A stretch of 64,000 bases of DNA from Trinickia sp. (GTDB lineage: Bacteria > Pseudomonadota > Gammaproteobacteria > Burkholderiales > Burkholderiaceae): positions 3,987 through 67,986 of the forward strand of contig NZ_JBQCDN010000198.1 in assembly GCF_051961175.1 (NCBI RefSeq). The letters are read 5' to 3'. The position numbers and the translations under genes are program-made. The notes under the pieces were generated by a model. That model saw only the letters and a list, made by a program, of their open reading frames with translations. It was not told the origin of the DNA and made no database searches. Positions 1 to 10,403 of this stretch are shown one piece after another. The first letter of the stretch is position 1; each line of letters begins with the position of its first letter.

Positions 1-1056
1 TCGGAAGTAGCGGCGCCGGCTGCCACTGCGCAAGCGCCCGCGTTTTCGTCGACGGTCGCCGAACCGCCTCCCGTACCGGCTGAACGCGAATTGGCCGCGA
101 CAACCGCCGGCGACGTGCGGGCGGACTCCCGGACGGAAACCCGGGCGACGCCGGCCGCCCGTCAAATCGCACGGAAAAGCCGCATAGCACTCGCGGAAGT
201 CAGCGGATCCGGCCCGCACGGGCGGATCGTCAAAAGCGATGTGCTGTCGTTTCTGCAGCAAGCGCCTGGTCCGGCAGATTCGTCGGTTCGCCTCAATCGC
301 ATATGGCTGCATGAGGGAAATGCGGCTACGATCGTCCTGGTGCACGGTTTCGCCGCCGAATCCAACAGCTGGCGGCCACTCTTGCACGCGATGCGCGAGG
401 CGGGTTTGCTTGCCGATATCGGTGTACTGGCGATCGATTTGCCGGGGCATGGAAAATCACCTGACGGCGATGCGCTCTCGCTGCATTCAATCGCGGATTC
501 GATCGAAGCCGTATTGCGGGAAGAATATGCGGAGCCCGCGCACCTCGTCGGGCACTCGTTTGGCGGCGCGGTGGCGGCTCAACTGGCCGCGTCTTCGCGG
601 CTCGCCGTGCGGTCGCTTACGTTGATCGCCCCGGCCGGCGTTGGAGAAAGTTGTAATTGGGCCTTCATCAACGGCCTGACGAAATCGACCGATCGTGCCA
701 CGCTAAGCCCCTGGCTGGAGGAACTCGTGCAAGACGCATCGCTGATCGATGAGGCGTTTGTTGCCACGGCCGAACAGCAACTCCGTCGCCCCGGCAGGCG
801 GCAGACGCTTGAACGGATGGCCGCCGCTTTCTTCCGCGACGGCCGATTGCAGATCGATCTGACACCGTTGCTGTCTGACTTGCGCATGCCCGTGCGTGTG
901 ATATGGGGCGGAGCCGATCGGATCTTGCCGATCGCGCACGCCGATCGCCTTCCGCGCACGGTTGCGCAACATCGATTCGCGGGCGTCGGGCATCTTCCGC
1001 AAATCGAGGCGGCGGGGGACGTGGCATGTGTGATCCGCGAGCAGTTGATGCGTTAG
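1..1056 (+). CDS. AcoC-like acetoin/2-oxoacid dehydrogenase E2 component (E3-binding domain + alpha/beta-hydrolase domain), 5'-partial
   Basis: Frame open from base 1 through an Ala/Pro-rich linker; peripheral-subunit-binding motif ATPAARQIA..GSGPHGRIVKSDV; hydrolase motifs LVHGF, DLPGHG, GHSFGG, GVGHLPQ. Lipoyl domain presumably upstream of the window. Confidence 0.8.
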   Translation, partial: SEVAAPAATAQAPAFSSTVAEPPPVPAERELAATTAGDVRADSRTETRATPAARQIARKSRIALAEVSGSGPHGRIVKSDVLSFLQQAPGPADSSVRLNRIWLHEGNAATIVLVHGFAAESNSWRPLLHAMREAGLLADIGVLAIDLPGHGKSPDGDALSLHSIADSIEAVLREEYAEPAHLVGHSFGGAVAAQLAASSRLAVRSLTLIAPAGVGESCNWAFINGLTKSTDRATLSPWLEELVQDASLIDEAFVATAEQQLRRPGRRQTLERMAAAFFRDGRLQIDLTPLLSDLRMPVRVIWGGADRILPIAHADRLPRTVAQHRFAGVGHLPQIEAAGDVACVIREQLMR

Positions 1057-1201
1057 CGGCGCGCGCATTTCAGCGTCTTCCCCGATACATCCTCGTCGAT
1101 ATATGCATTAATAAGTAGACCCAACGCTCAACAGCCGGGCGCGAGCGACGCCCGGCCCCCGCCGGGTTCGGCCAGTGGCCGCGACGGCAAGGAGACAGGC
1201 A

Positions 1202-1618
1202 ATGGAACTCGTCCGGCTTGGTTTGTTGCTGCTTGCATTGATGTGGGCTTTGCAGGTCATGGCTTCGTGGGTGCAGTTGCGCCACTACCGTAGCGTCGTT
1301 CAAAGGACGGCTGCGGAGTGGAACAGCGGATTTCTCGGGGCGGGTTCGTTCAAAGCCAGGCTCGGGCGGGGCGCGATTGCCATTGTCGTCATCGACGACG
1401 AGGCCCGCGTGCGCAAGGTCCTCAGTATGTCGGGCCTCTCCGTTTTTGCGCGCTTCAAGGCGCTCGACGATCTACGTGGCGATGCGACGGACTTCAATCG
1501 GCGTGTCGCGGTCTCGCCGCTTGCCACGGGCGTAAAGCAGGCGCTGGGAAAAGCATTCGAAGTCGCATGCCGGACGGCAAGCGAACGCCAGGAGCGGTCG
1601 CTGTCGCAGGTGTTTTAG
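1202..1618 (+). CDS. gutM: GutM/SrlM-family glucitol operon activator
   Basis: Hydrophobic N-terminus then WVQLRHY..G..GRGAIAIVVID..MSGLSVFARFK; directly upstream of srlA; RBS GGAGA before ATG 1202. Confidence 0.75.
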   Translation: MELVRLGLLLLALMWALQVMASWVQLRHYRSVVQRTAAEWNSGFLGAGSFKARLGRGAIAIVVIDDEARVRKVLSMSGLSVFARFKALDDLRGDATDFNRRVAVSPLATGVKQALGKAFEVACRTASERQERSLSQVF

Positions 1619-1706
1619 CCGAAATTCTTACCGTTGCATCCTTTGTTTCAGTTCGACAATTACACAATAACTCAGTAAATACGGTGTTCCATATCAGGAG
1701 AACAGC

Positions 1707-2261
1707 ATGAATCCTTTGGATTTTATGACTCACGCCGCCGAGGCGTTTATCGGCGTATTCAATGCGGGCGGCAAGACATTCGTTGGTTTCGTGACCGGGA
1801 TTCTGCCGACATTGATCGTACTGTTGACGGCGGTTTATACGATCATCGCACTCGTTGGCGAGCAACGCATTCAGGGTCTCGCACGCTTTTTCTCGAAGAA
1901 TGTCATCACGCGCTATACGCTGTTGCCGTTGCTGGCGATGTTCTTTCTCACCAACCCAATGGCTTATACATTCGGCGTCTTTCTCGAAGAAAAACACAAG
2001 CCGGCGTTTTATGACTCGGCCGTATCGCTTTGTCATCCCATTACCGGCCTTTTCCCACACTGCAACCCGGGAGAGCTGTTCGTGTGGCTCGGGGTGGCGG
2101 CCGGCATTACCAAACTCGCTGAAAATCACGCCGCGCCATTCTCCCTTCCAAAGCTTGCGCTGTTTTACCTCGGTGTCGGCCTGGTGGTGAATCTATTGAA
2201 GGGCATCGTGACTGAAGGGATCACTCGGATGATCGCGAAGCGCGAAGGGCTCAAGCTCTAA
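1707..2261 (+). CDS. srlA: PTS glucitol/sorbitol-family IIC component
   Basis: AEAFIGVFNAGGKTF..GILPTLI, NPMAYTFG, FYDSAVSLCHPITGLFPHCNPGELFVWLG match SrlA; RBS AGGAG. Confidence 0.9.
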   Translation: MNPLDFMTHAAEAFIGVFNAGGKTFVGFVTGILPTLIVLLTAVYTIIALVGEQRIQGLARFFSKNVITRYTLLPLLAMFFLTNPMAYTFGVFLEEKHKPAFYDSAVSLCHPITGLFPHCNPGELFVWLGVAAGITKLAENHAAPFSLPKLALFYLGVGLVVNLLKGIVTEGITRMIAKREGLKL

Positions 2262-2288
2262 TCACCACAAAAGACACTGGAGGAAGAC

Positions 2289-3317
2289 ATGGACACACGT
2301 ACTTATCGCGCCGTACGGATCGAGAAGGGACCGAACGGCTGGGGTGGCCCGCTCATCATCACGCCGACGCTCGAACGCAACAAGATCGTGGCCGTGACCG
2401 GCGGCGACATCCCGAAGGTGGCCGCGCGGCTCGCGGAAATGACAGGCGCAGTCGTGGTCGACGGTTTCCGCAATCCGCCGCTTGAATCCGAGATCGCCGC
2501 GGTAGTCATCGATTGCGGCGGCACGGCACGATGCGGCGTTTATCCGCGTAAGCGCATTCCAACAGTCAATCTGAGCCCCGTCGGGCAGTCGGGGCCGCTG
2601 GCGCAGTTCATTACCGAAGACATCTATGTATCGGGTGTCGACCTCGCCAGTCTGCATGCGATCGACGACGATGCGGCGCCACCCGTTCCTGCCGCCATGG
2701 CGGCGCCCTTTGCCGCGACAGCTGCCGCGGGCGCGACTGCCACGGCCGCCATCGCCGGTGCGGGATCAGAGCCGGTCCATTCGGGCGGAATCGTCGGTTG
2801 GATCACGGCGATCGGGCGCGGGATGGGCGGCGTGGTCAATGTGCTGTTCAACAGCGGCCGCAAGGCTATCGACACCGTGATCAGGAACGTCCTGCCGTTC
2901 ATGGCGTTCGTGACGATGCTGATCGGCATCATCAATTCGACGGGCGTCGGGGTCGGGCTCGCGCATGTGTTGTCGCCACTGGCCGGCAATATCGTCGGGC
3001 TGGTGATTCTGTCGGCGATTTGCGGGCTGCCTTTTCTCTCTCCTGTACTGGGCCCGGGTGCGGTGATCGCGCAGGTGATCGGCGCCGCCATCATCGGGCC
3101 CGCGATCGGCAACGGAACCGTGCCGCCGCAGATGGCGCTGCCGGCATTGTTCGCCTACGACACGCAAGTCGGCTGCGATTTCGTGCCGGTGGGGATGGCG
3201 CTCGGAGAAGCCAAGCCGGACACGATCCGCATCGGCGTGCCGGCGGTGCTCATCAGCCGGCAAATCATGGGACCGGTCTCGGTACTCATCGCATGGGTGG
3301 CAAGTTTCGCCCTTTGA
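2289..3317 (+). CDS. srlE: PTS glucitol/sorbitol-family IIB(C) component
   Basis: [20 protein letters not shown] phospho-Cys motif, [16 protein letters not shown], Ala-rich linker, [26 protein letters not shown]. Confidence 0.9.
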   Translation: MDTRTYRAVRIEKGPNGWGGPLIITPTLERNKIVAVTGGDIPKVAARLAEMTGAVVVDGFRNPPLESEIAAVVIDCGGTARCGVYPRKRIPTVNLSPVGQSGPLAQFITEDIYVSGVDLASLHAIDDDAAPPVPAAMAAPFAATAAAGATATAAIAGAGSEPVHSGGIVGWITAIGRGMGGVVNVLFNSGRKAIDTVIRNVLPFMAFVTMLIGIINSTGVGVGLAHVLSPLAGNIVGLVILSAICGLPFLSPVLGPGAVIAQVIGAAIIGPAIGNGTVPPQMALPALFAYDTQVGCDFVPVGMALGEAKPDTIRIGVPAVLISRQIMGPVSVLIAWVASFAL

Positions 3318-3335
3318 TTCATTTCGGGAACGACT

Positions 3336-3713
3336 ATGCATTACTACAAAACTGTGATCTCGGCGATCGGAGAAGAAGTTCAAGCGCTGCTCGAGGGCGG
3401 TGTACTCATCCTGTACTCCGACGGTGCACCGCCGGAGTTGGCTGAAGTGTCCGTTCTACACCGGGTGGAGCAGGCGAGCCGCGACGTGCCGCGGATCGGA
3501 TCCATTCTGCGTATCGGGGAAGGCTCGGCGATCGTGACGGCCGTGGGGCCGACGGCATGGAACAAAGTCAGCGAATTGGGCCACGTCGTGCTCAATTTCA
3601 ACGGCTCGCGCAATGCGGATCGCCCTGGCGAGATATGCGTGTCGGAAGTCGACTGCGCACGGCTTTTCGAAGGGATGAAAAGCGGCACGATCATTGAGAT
3701 CGTCGACGCGTGA
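3336..3713 (+). CDS. srlB: PTS glucitol/sorbitol-family IIA component
   Basis: 125 aa; APPELAEVSVLH, ITAVG-like VTAVG, ELGHVVLNFNG..PGEI. Confidence 0.85.
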   Translation: MHYYKTVISAIGEEVQALLEGGVLILYSDGAPPELAEVSVLHRVEQASRDVPRIGSILRIGEGSAIVTAVGPTAWNKVSELGHVVLNFNGSRNADRPGEICVSEVDCARLFEGMKSGTIIEIVDA

Positions 3714-3770
3714 TCTCTGCTCAGCAGAGGTTGAATCGATTGTTTTGCCAAATCCTGGAAAGGGCACGTC

Positions 3771-5771
3771 ATGCTGGAGACACCAGTCGTTGTCAAAGTA
3801 CATGAGGGGTTGCACGCGCGTCCCGCCACGCAATTCGCCAAGCTCGCCAAGCGCTTCACCTGCTCGCTGAAGATTGGCAGAGGGGATGCCTGGGCGGACG
3901 CAAAAAGCGCAGTGAAACTCATGCTGTTGGGCATCAAGCAGAACGAGCAGATCGTCTTGCGCGCGGAGGGCGACGACGAACGCGAAGCGCTGGGGCGGCT
4001 GGCGGAATTTCTCGCCGACGCGAGTATTTCGGCGCCGGCTACCGGCGATGCCGGAGACTGCGGCCCGGCTGTTGCTGTCGAGCAGCCGGGTACGACGCCG
4101 AATGCAGCGAGCACCCACGCGCCGTCTGCCGATGGATCGGGCCTTTCATTCAAGGGGGTCCCGGCAAGCGAAGGCTTGGCGTTCGGGCAGGCCTATGCCT
4201 ATTTCAGAGAGGAGATCGTCGCCGATAGACAATCCGTCGCGCCGCACGAGGTAGCCGGCGAATTGCACCGCTTCGGCACGGCACTCGAGGACACACTGCG
4301 TGCGATGCTGGCGCCGCGCGGCGATGCAGCCGAGCATGACGAGATCTTCGAGGCGATCGCCGAAGTGGCGCGAAGCGACGACTTTGCCGGTGCGATCCGG
4401 GCGCTGGTGTCTTCCCAGTGGAGCGCCGAAGCTGCAACGCTGAAATGCGGGCTCGATCTCGCCGTGGCATTTGCGACGTTGCCCGATGAGTACCTGCGCA
4501 GCCGTGCCGACGACATTCGCGGGCTGACGCGGGCGGTGGCTGCATCCTTGCTTGGCAAGCCGCTGCCCTCGCTCAGCGAATTGCCCGGCCCCAGCATCGT
4601 GCTTGCTGAGGAACTCTGTGCGCCCGATCTGGCACGTGCCGATTTGCGGAATATTCTCGGCATCGTCTGCACGTCGGGCAGCGCGACCTCGCATGTTGCG
4701 ATCCTTGCGCGTGCGCACGGGATTCCTGCGATTCTTGGCGTGGCGGCGGATCGCGACGTATTGCGTTCGGCCGCGCGGGTAGCGATCGACGGCGGAACAG
4801 GCGAACTGTGGCTCGATCATTCGCCGGAATTCGAGCAGGCGATATCGAAGCGGTTGGATGCGCAGCGCGAGGCACAAGCGAGCCTGGTTGCATACCGGGA
4901 AGTCGAACCGCGCACGCAGGATGGTCAAACAATCCAGGTTGCGGCCAACCTCGGATCGCTCGCCGAAATCGAAGCGGCTCAGCTTGCCGGCGCAATGGGC
5001 GTTGGGTTGTTTCGCACTGAATTGCTGTTTATGGATCAGCGCCGGGTGCCGTCCGAAGATGAGCAGTACGAAGTGTATTCGACGCTTGCCGGCGCGTTCG
5101 CACCATGGCCGGTCATCATCCGCACGTTGGATGCGGGCGCGGATAAACCGCTGCCCGGCGTGCGCTTCCCCGAAGAGGAAAACCCTTTCCTCGGCTGGCG
5201 GGGGATTCGCATGTGCCTGGACTGCCCCGAGATATTCGAGCCGCAATTGCGTGCGCTGCTGCGGGCCGCGGTGCACGGCAATTTATGCGTCATGCTGCCG
5301 ATGGTGGACGATATCGAAGAGGTTCGTCGAACGAAGGCAATCATGGCGCGCTTGTCGCGCGAATTGACCGAAAAAGGCATCGCTCACGGCCAGCCGAAAT
5401 TGGGCATCATGATCGAGACGCCGGCTGCGGTGCTGACGGCGGATCTCTTGGCGAGAGAGTCCGATTTCTTCTCGATCGGCACGAACGATCTCACGCAATA
5501 CATCATGGCCGTCGATCGCATGAATCCCCGTCTTGCTTCGTTGTATCGGACGGATCACCTCGCCGTGTTGCAGGCGATCCGCATCGTATGCGAAGCGGCG
5601 CGGCGCGCGAAGATCAGTGTGGGGGTGTGCGGTGAAGCGGCGTCGCGGCCGGAGATGATACCGACGCTGGTCAGCCTCGGTGTCGACGAATTGAGCATGA
5701 GCCCCTCGGCTATCCTTCGTGCGAAGAAGGTCATTACGGAAATTGAAGGGACCCAGCGCGATGCTGCGTGA
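3771..5771 (+). CDS. HPr-Enzyme I fusion (PEP-protein phosphotransferase)
   Basis: N-terminal HPr GLHARPA (His15) and DAKS; EI motifs TSHVAILAR, GLFRTE, RTLDAGADK, EENPFLGWRGIR, MIETP, FSIGTNDLTQY, GVCGE. Confidence 0.92.
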   Translation: MLETPVVVKVHEGLHARPATQFAKLAKRFTCSLKIGRGDAWADAKSAVKLMLLGIKQNEQIVLRAEGDDEREALGRLAEFLADASISAPATGDAGDCGPAVAVEQPGTTPNAASTHAPSADGSGLSFKGVPASEGLAFGQAYAYFREEIVADRQSVAPHEVAGELHRFGTALEDTLRAMLAPRGDAAEHDEIFEAIAEVARSDDFAGAIRALVSSQWSAEAATLKCGLDLAVAFATLPDEYLRSRADDIRGLTRAVAASLLGKPLPSLSELPGPSIVLAEELCAPDLARADLRNILGIVCTSGSATSHVAILARAHGIPAILGVAADRDVLRSAARVAIDGGTGELWLDHSPEFEQAISKRLDAQREAQASLVAYREVEPRTQDGQTIQVAANLGSLAEIEAAQLAGAMGVGLFRTELLFMDQRRVPSEDEQYEVYSTLAGAFAPWPVIIRTLDAGADKPLPGVRFPEEENPFLGWRGIRMCLDCPEIFEPQLRALLRAAVHGNLCVMLPMVDDIEEVRRTKAIMARLSRELTEKGIAHGQPKLGIMIETPAAVLTADLLARESDFFSIGTNDLTQYIMAVDRMNPRLASLYRTDHLAVLQAIRIVCEAARRAKISVGVCGEAASRPEMIPTLVSLGVDELSMSPSAILRAKKVITEIEGTQRDAA

Positions 5772-5860
5772 GGCCGCATCGATCCGGACGAACCCGCCGC
5801 AGCGTTCAACACGAAATGAGCGATACTGCTGAAATTGTTCACCGTTTACCGGAGGCGAGC

Positions 5861-6988
5861 GTGCCAGGTTTACTTCCCGATGTTGACAGCGAAGGGCTCC
5901 TCGAATATTCAGTGGTTTACACGGATCGCTCGATCAACCATATGTCGCAGCGCTTCCAGGGGGTCATGCGCGACATCTCCGGTGCCCTTAAAAAAGTCTA
6001 TAACGCTCAATCGGTCGTTGTCGTGCCGGGCAGCGGGACGTTCGGCATGGAAGCCGTTGCCCGGCAGTTCGCGACGAACAAGAAGTGTCTGGTCATCCGC
6101 AATGGCTGGTTCAGTTTCCGCTGGTCGCAGATCTTCGATATGGGCCGTATCCCTTCCGAATCGACCGTATTGAAAGCGCGTCCGATCGAAGCCGGAAGGC
6201 AGGCCCCCTATGCACCGGCGCCGATCGAAGCAGTAATTGCCGCCATCAAGGAACACGAACCGGATCTCGTTTTCGCGCCGCATGTCGAAACCGCATCCGG
6301 CATGATACTGCCTGATGCCTATTTGCGCGCGGTGGCCGACGCCGTACATGCCGTCGGCGGTTTGTTCGTCCTCGATTGCATCGCCTCCGGCACAGTCTGG
6401 GTCGATATGCAGGCCACCGGCGTCGATATCCTGATCAGTGCGCCGCAAAAAGGGTGGAGTGCATCGCCCTGCTGTGCGTTGGTCATGCTCGGGCCGCTCG
6501 CCCGCGAGAGAATCGACGCCACCACGAGCACCAGCTTCGCCTGCGATCTGCGCAAATGGCTGCAGATCATGGAAGCCTATGAGAACGGCGGACATGCCTA
6601 TCACGCCACCATGCCAACGGACAGCCTTTCGACGTTGCGCGATGTCATCAAGGAAACCGAGGCATACGGCTTCGACAAGGTGAGGGCCGAGCAGCTCGAA
6701 CTCGGCAAGCGCATTCGTTCACTCTTGGCCGAAAAAGGGTTCAAGAGTGTAGCGGCCGAAGGTTTTCAGGCACCCGGTGTCGTCGTCAGCTATACCGACG
6801 ACGACGGCATCCGATCCGGAAAGAAGTTCGCCGATGCCGGCGTGCAGGTTGCCGCTGGCGTTCCCCTGCAATGCGACGAACCCGACGATTTCAAGACCTT
6901 TCGCATCGGACTGTTCGGCTTGGACAAACTGCATGATATTGAAGGTGCGGTTGCCAGGTTCGCCAGTGCATTGAACAGGATTCTTTGA
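5861..6988 (+). CDS. Class V PLP aminotransferase (serine/alanine-glyoxylate type)
   Basis: LLEYSVVYTDRSINHMS, PGSGTFGME, HVETASG, LDCIAS, SAPQKG (PLP Lys). GTG 5861 follows GGAGG; ORF-track start 5768 is probably too long. Confidence 0.85.
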   Translation: MPGLLPDVDSEGLLEYSVVYTDRSINHMSQRFQGVMRDISGALKKVYNAQSVVVVPGSGTFGMEAVARQFATNKKCLVIRNGWFSFRWSQIFDMGRIPSESTVLKARPIEAGRQAPYAPAPIEAVIAAIKEHEPDLVFAPHVETASGMILPDAYLRAVADAVHAVGGLFVLDCIASGTVWVDMQATGVDILISAPQKGWSASPCCALVMLGPLARERIDATTSTSFACDLRKWLQIMEAYENGGHAYHATMPTDSLSTLRDVIKETEAYGFDKVRAEQLELGKRIRSLLAEKGFKSVAAEGFQAPGVVVSYTDDDGIRSGKKFADAGVQVAAGVPLQCDEPDDFKTFRIGLFGLDKLHDIEGAVARFASALNRIL

Positions 6989-7093
6989 TGCTATTGCGTG
7001 GGAGCGCTCAGTGTGCGTCCGGGGGCGGCGCGCCCACGGAAATCGGTTTGGAGAAAATCACCGCGGCAAGCGCGACGACAAAGCACAGCGATA

Positions 7094-7228
7094 CTAGTGA
7101 AAGTTCAGCCGGTCGTTCAGCATCGTTGCGCTAACGGCGTTGCCGATCGCACCACCGAGATTGCGCATCAAGTTGAACAGGCCGCTCGCCGATTTCAGCC
7201 GCGATTGCGGCAGCGATCCGAGCGACAT
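7094..7228 (-). pseudogene. Remnant of a DHA2/EmrB-family MFS efflux permease
   Basis: Minus-strand translation SLGSLPQSRLKSASGLFNLMRNLGGAIGNAVSATMLNDRLNFH* carries the EmrB late-TM motif ASGLFNLMRNLGGAIG, but only ~44 codons are present. Confidence 0.65.
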
Positions 7229-7248
7229 CGGGAATAGAACGCGCGTCA

Positions 7249-8055
7249 TTAAGCCTGCAGACCAAAAGCCCGCCGCAGGCTTTTATCCACCTGCCCGGAA
7301 GGCGCAAAGCGGCGCAAGACGCTGAGCAGCTTCGCCCGGCCGTCCGCCGGACGCCTGAGCTGATGGCTACCCTCGACGATCGCCAACAGCTTTTTCGCTA
7401 CCTCATCGGGCGGCGGGGCGCTGGTCACTTGCTGCCGTACCGCATCGGCGCTTTTCGCGAACGCCGTGGCGTAATCGTCGATGACGGTCCGGGTCAACGT
7501 TGCATTCGTGTCCAGCTTCGTCTGCGTAAAGCTCGGCTCCAGCAGCACGATTCGCACGCCAAAGCCGCGCACTTCATGATCGAGCGATTCCGACAGACCT
7601 TCGAGCGCATGTTTGCTGGCTGCGTAAAGGCCCATGAATGGGGCGGGCAGGAAGCCGAGTACGGAACTGACATTGACGATCAACCCGCTGCGATGGGCGC
7701 GCATCGAAGGCAAGACTGCCCTGACGACACGCAGCACGCCGAAGACATTCACATCGAACAGCGCCTTTGCCTCGGCGTCGCTCGTGGCCTCGACGGGCCC
7801 GACGAGCGCAACGCCGGCATTGTTGATCAGGATGTCGATGCGTCCGGCCTTTTCGAGTACGGCATGGACCGCGGATGCGACGGAAGCTTCATCCTGTACG
7901 TCCATTTTGATGAACTCGACACCGGTAATGGCGGTGGCAGCTTCAGGCCTGCGCACGCCGCCGAACACGCGGTAGCCGGCGTTAGCCAGCGTCCTGGCCG
8001 TCGCCTCTCCGATACCGGAGGACGCACCGGTGATCAATACGGTTTTCTTCTTCAT
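7249..8055 (-). CDS. Short-chain dehydrogenase/reductase
   Basis: TGASSGIG, NNAG, NVSS, YAASK; start MKKKTV. Confidence 0.9.
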   Translation of the reverse strand: MKKKTVLITGASSGIGEATARTLANAGYRVFGGVRRPEAATAITGVEFIKMDVQDEASVASAVHAVLEKAGRIDILINNAGVALVGPVEATSDAEAKALFDVNVFGVLRVVRAVLPSMRAHRSGLIVNVSSVLGFLPAPFMGLYAASKHALEGLSESLDHEVRGFGVRIVLLEPSFTQTKLDTNATLTRTVIDDYATAFAKSADAVRQQVTSAPPPDEVAKKLLAIVEGSHQLRRPADGRAKLLSVLRRFAPSGQVDKSLRRAFGLQA

Positions 8056-8218
8056 GGGAATGACTCCGATACGTGGGGTAGGGCGCCACTCAATCGATCG
8101 CGCGAACAAGTGGTGCCCAAGTTGAGGCGCGCAGGCGCCACTTTTCATTGCGATTCAAATGAATGGAATGATTCGGAAAGGCCGGCAGGCTGCACGCTGA
8201 ATGAACGGACGTTCTCGA

Positions 8219-9688
8219 CTAGTTGCCTGATGCAAGCTGTGCGCGATGCATCGGCACGTCCCATCCGCCGCCGAGCGCTTTGAACGTCGCAATCGCCGCG
8301 CGAGCCGATTCCGTTTGCGCCTGCGCTCGCGCATCCGACGCCTGCAGCAAGGTTTCATCGGCGTGCAGCACATCGATAAAGCTGGCCGCGCCGCTGCTGT
8401 ATGCGGCCGCCGAGGCGTTCTTTGCCTTCGACAAAGACAATTCCGCATGGACGAGCGTGGTGGTCTGCGCCTGTCGATTAACGAGCAATGACAGCGAATT
8501 CTCGACGTCCTCGGTGGCGCGAAGCACGGCTTGGCGATAGCCTGCAAGCGCCTCCGCATCCTTGCCCTTCGCCTCGCCTACTTCAGCGTTGATGCGTCCG
8601 AAATCGAACAGGCGCCAGCGCAATCCTATGAGCCCTGCCGCCTGCGTGGCGCCGCCCGTAAAGAGCGTGCTGGCCGATATCGCCGTCGCGCTGCCGAGCA
8701 TGGCGGAGAGCGAGAGCTTCGGATAGTACTCACTGATCGCAGCGCCGATCCGCGCATTGGATGCAGCGAGGTGACGTTCGGCGGCAATCAGATCGGGACG
8801 TCGTTGCAGCAGATCGGCCGGGGTACCCATGTCGGAAATGGCGGGCACCGCGGGGATCGGCGCCGCGGTGCCCAGCTCCGCGCGGTGGGTGCCGGGCGGC
8901 GAGGCCAGCATGACGTCGAGCGAATTCATCGCCGCATCAAGGCTTGCATCGAGGAGCGGTATCGTGGCCTGAACCTGGTCGAGTGTTCCTTGCGCTTGTT
9001 GAACCTGATAGTCGGCCGCGGCGCCGTGCGCGTGCAGAAGTTTGACTCTCGCGAGTAGATCCTGCTGGGTCTTGACCTGCTCGTTTGCGATATCGAGGCG
9101 CGCTTGCAGGCCACGGATCGTCACGTAGATGTCGGCTGTCTGCGCAGCGACCGAAAGCCGCGTGGCAACGGCCGATGCTTGCGTAGAGGAATAATCCGCA
9201 AGCGCGGCTTCGCGCTGTCTGCGCAAGCCGCCAAAGACGTCGATTTCCCAGCCGGCCTCGAGGTCGGTTTCGTACTCGCTGCCCCAGCGCTGGTAATGGG
9301 GCGTCGCATTGAGCAGCCGGCCTTCGGGCGTATCGATCGATTGATACGCCCGCGCGGCGGAGGCGGAAACCGTTGCCGAGGGAAGCAGCGCGGCATTCGC
9401 ACCACCCAGGCGCGCGCGAGCTTGATCGATCCGTGCGGTGGCTTGAGCCAAGTCCAGATTCTGGGCGAGGGCTTCCGACACATAGCGGGTGAGAAGCGGG
9501 TCGTTGAAGCCCTCCCACCAGACCGAGAGGTCGGCAGGCGTCGCAGCCTCAGCAGCCGCGGCGGCCGGAGGCCGCACCCTGTAGCTTTGCGCGAGCGGAA
9601 CGTCCGGCTGCCGGTAGTCGGGACCCACGGCGCAGGCGGAGAGCACGGCGGCGCTCAGCAGGAGAAGAAGCGGGCGATGCAAAGACAT
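8219..9688 (-). CDS. Efflux outer-membrane lipoprotein (NodT/OprM family)
   Basis: Lipobox LSAC-AVGPDY, WWEGFNDPLL, WEIDVFG, RRPDLIAAE, KALGGGW. Confidence 0.92.
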   Translation of the reverse strand: MSLHRPLLLLLSAAVLSACAVGPDYRQPDVPLAQSYRVRPPAAAAAEAATPADLSVWWEGFNDPLLTRYVSEALAQNLDLAQATARIDQARARLGGANAALLPSATVSASAARAYQSIDTPEGRLLNATPHYQRWGSEYETDLEAGWEIDVFGGLRRQREAALADYSSTQASAVATRLSVAAQTADIYVTIRGLQARLDIANEQVKTQQDLLARVKLLHAHGAAADYQVQQAQGTLDQVQATIPLLDASLDAAMNSLDVMLASPPGTHRAELGTAAPIPAVPAISDMGTPADLLQRRPDLIAAERHLAASNARIGAAISEYYPKLSLSAMLGSATAISASTLFTGGATQAAGLIGLRWRLFDFGRINAEVGEAKGKDAEALAGYRQAVLRATEDVENSLSLLVNRQAQTTTLVHAELSLSKAKNASAAAYSSGAASFIDVLHADETLLQASDARAQAQTESARAAIATFKALGGGWDVPMHRAQLASGN

Positions 9689-9713
9689 GGGGGGCCTCGA
9701 AAGTGATCCGTTG

Positions 9714-9737
9714 GTGACTAATATACAATATGGTCAC
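9714..9737. promoter_or_regulatory. Putative TetR operator GTGAC-N14-GTCAC in the divergent OMF/tetR intergenic region
   Basis: GTGACTAATATACAATATGGTCAC; a second copy with identical spacing lies at 10404-10427. Confidence 0.7.
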
Positions 9738-9775
9738 TGGTTGTCAATCACTCTCTGAGAAGCTAAGCTGGAGAC

Positions 9776-10393
9776 ATGAACAAACCTACCCCATCCGCAC
9801 CGCCATCCCGTGGCCCCACCGAACACGAAGTCCGCGCACAGATCGTCGATGCCGCGACCGAATACTTCAGTCGATACGGCTACGAAAAGACCACCGTCTC
9901 CGACCTCGCGAAGGAAATCGGTTTTTCCAAGGCTTACATCTATAAGTTCTTTGACTCCAAACAGGCAATTGGCGAAGTCATTTGCGCCAATCGGTTGGCC
10001 ACCATCATCGAAACCGTGAACCGGGCGGTCAGCGAGGCGGGCAGCGCAACGGACAAATTCCGTCGTATTTTCAAGGTGTTGACGGCCTCTGGGAGCCAAC
10101 TCTTCTTCCAGGACCGCAAGCTTTACGACATCGCTGCGGTGGCGGCCGGCACACCGTGGCCTTCGGTCAAGGGCTACGAGCAGCAGATCCGGCAACAGGT
10201 GTCGGACATCGTGCTGCTGGGGCGCGAAACGGGGGAATTCGAGCGCAAGACGCCGCTCGATGAAACGGTGAACGCCATCTTCCTGGTCATGAAGCCGTAC
10301 TTCAACCCATTGCTGCTTCAGCACAATCTCGATTCGGCGGAAGAGGCGACGATCCAGCTCACGGGGCTTGTCCTCAGAAGCCTGGCCCCATAA
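9776..10393 (+). CDS. TetR/AcrR-family transcriptional regulator
   Basis: N-terminal HTH AATEYFSRYGYEKTTVSDLAKEIGFSKAYIYKFFDSK. Confidence 0.92.
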   Translation: MNKPTPSAPPSRGPTEHEVRAQIVDAATEYFSRYGYEKTTVSDLAKEIGFSKAYIYKFFDSKQAIGEVICANRLATIIETVNRAVSEAGSATDKFRRIFKVLTASGSQLFFQDRKLYDIAAVAAGTPWPSVKGYEQQIRQQVSDIVLLGRETGEFERKTPLDETVNAIFLVMKPYFNPLLLQHNLDSAEEATIQLTGLVLRSLAP

Positions 10394-10403
10394 ATTTTTC
10401 ATT

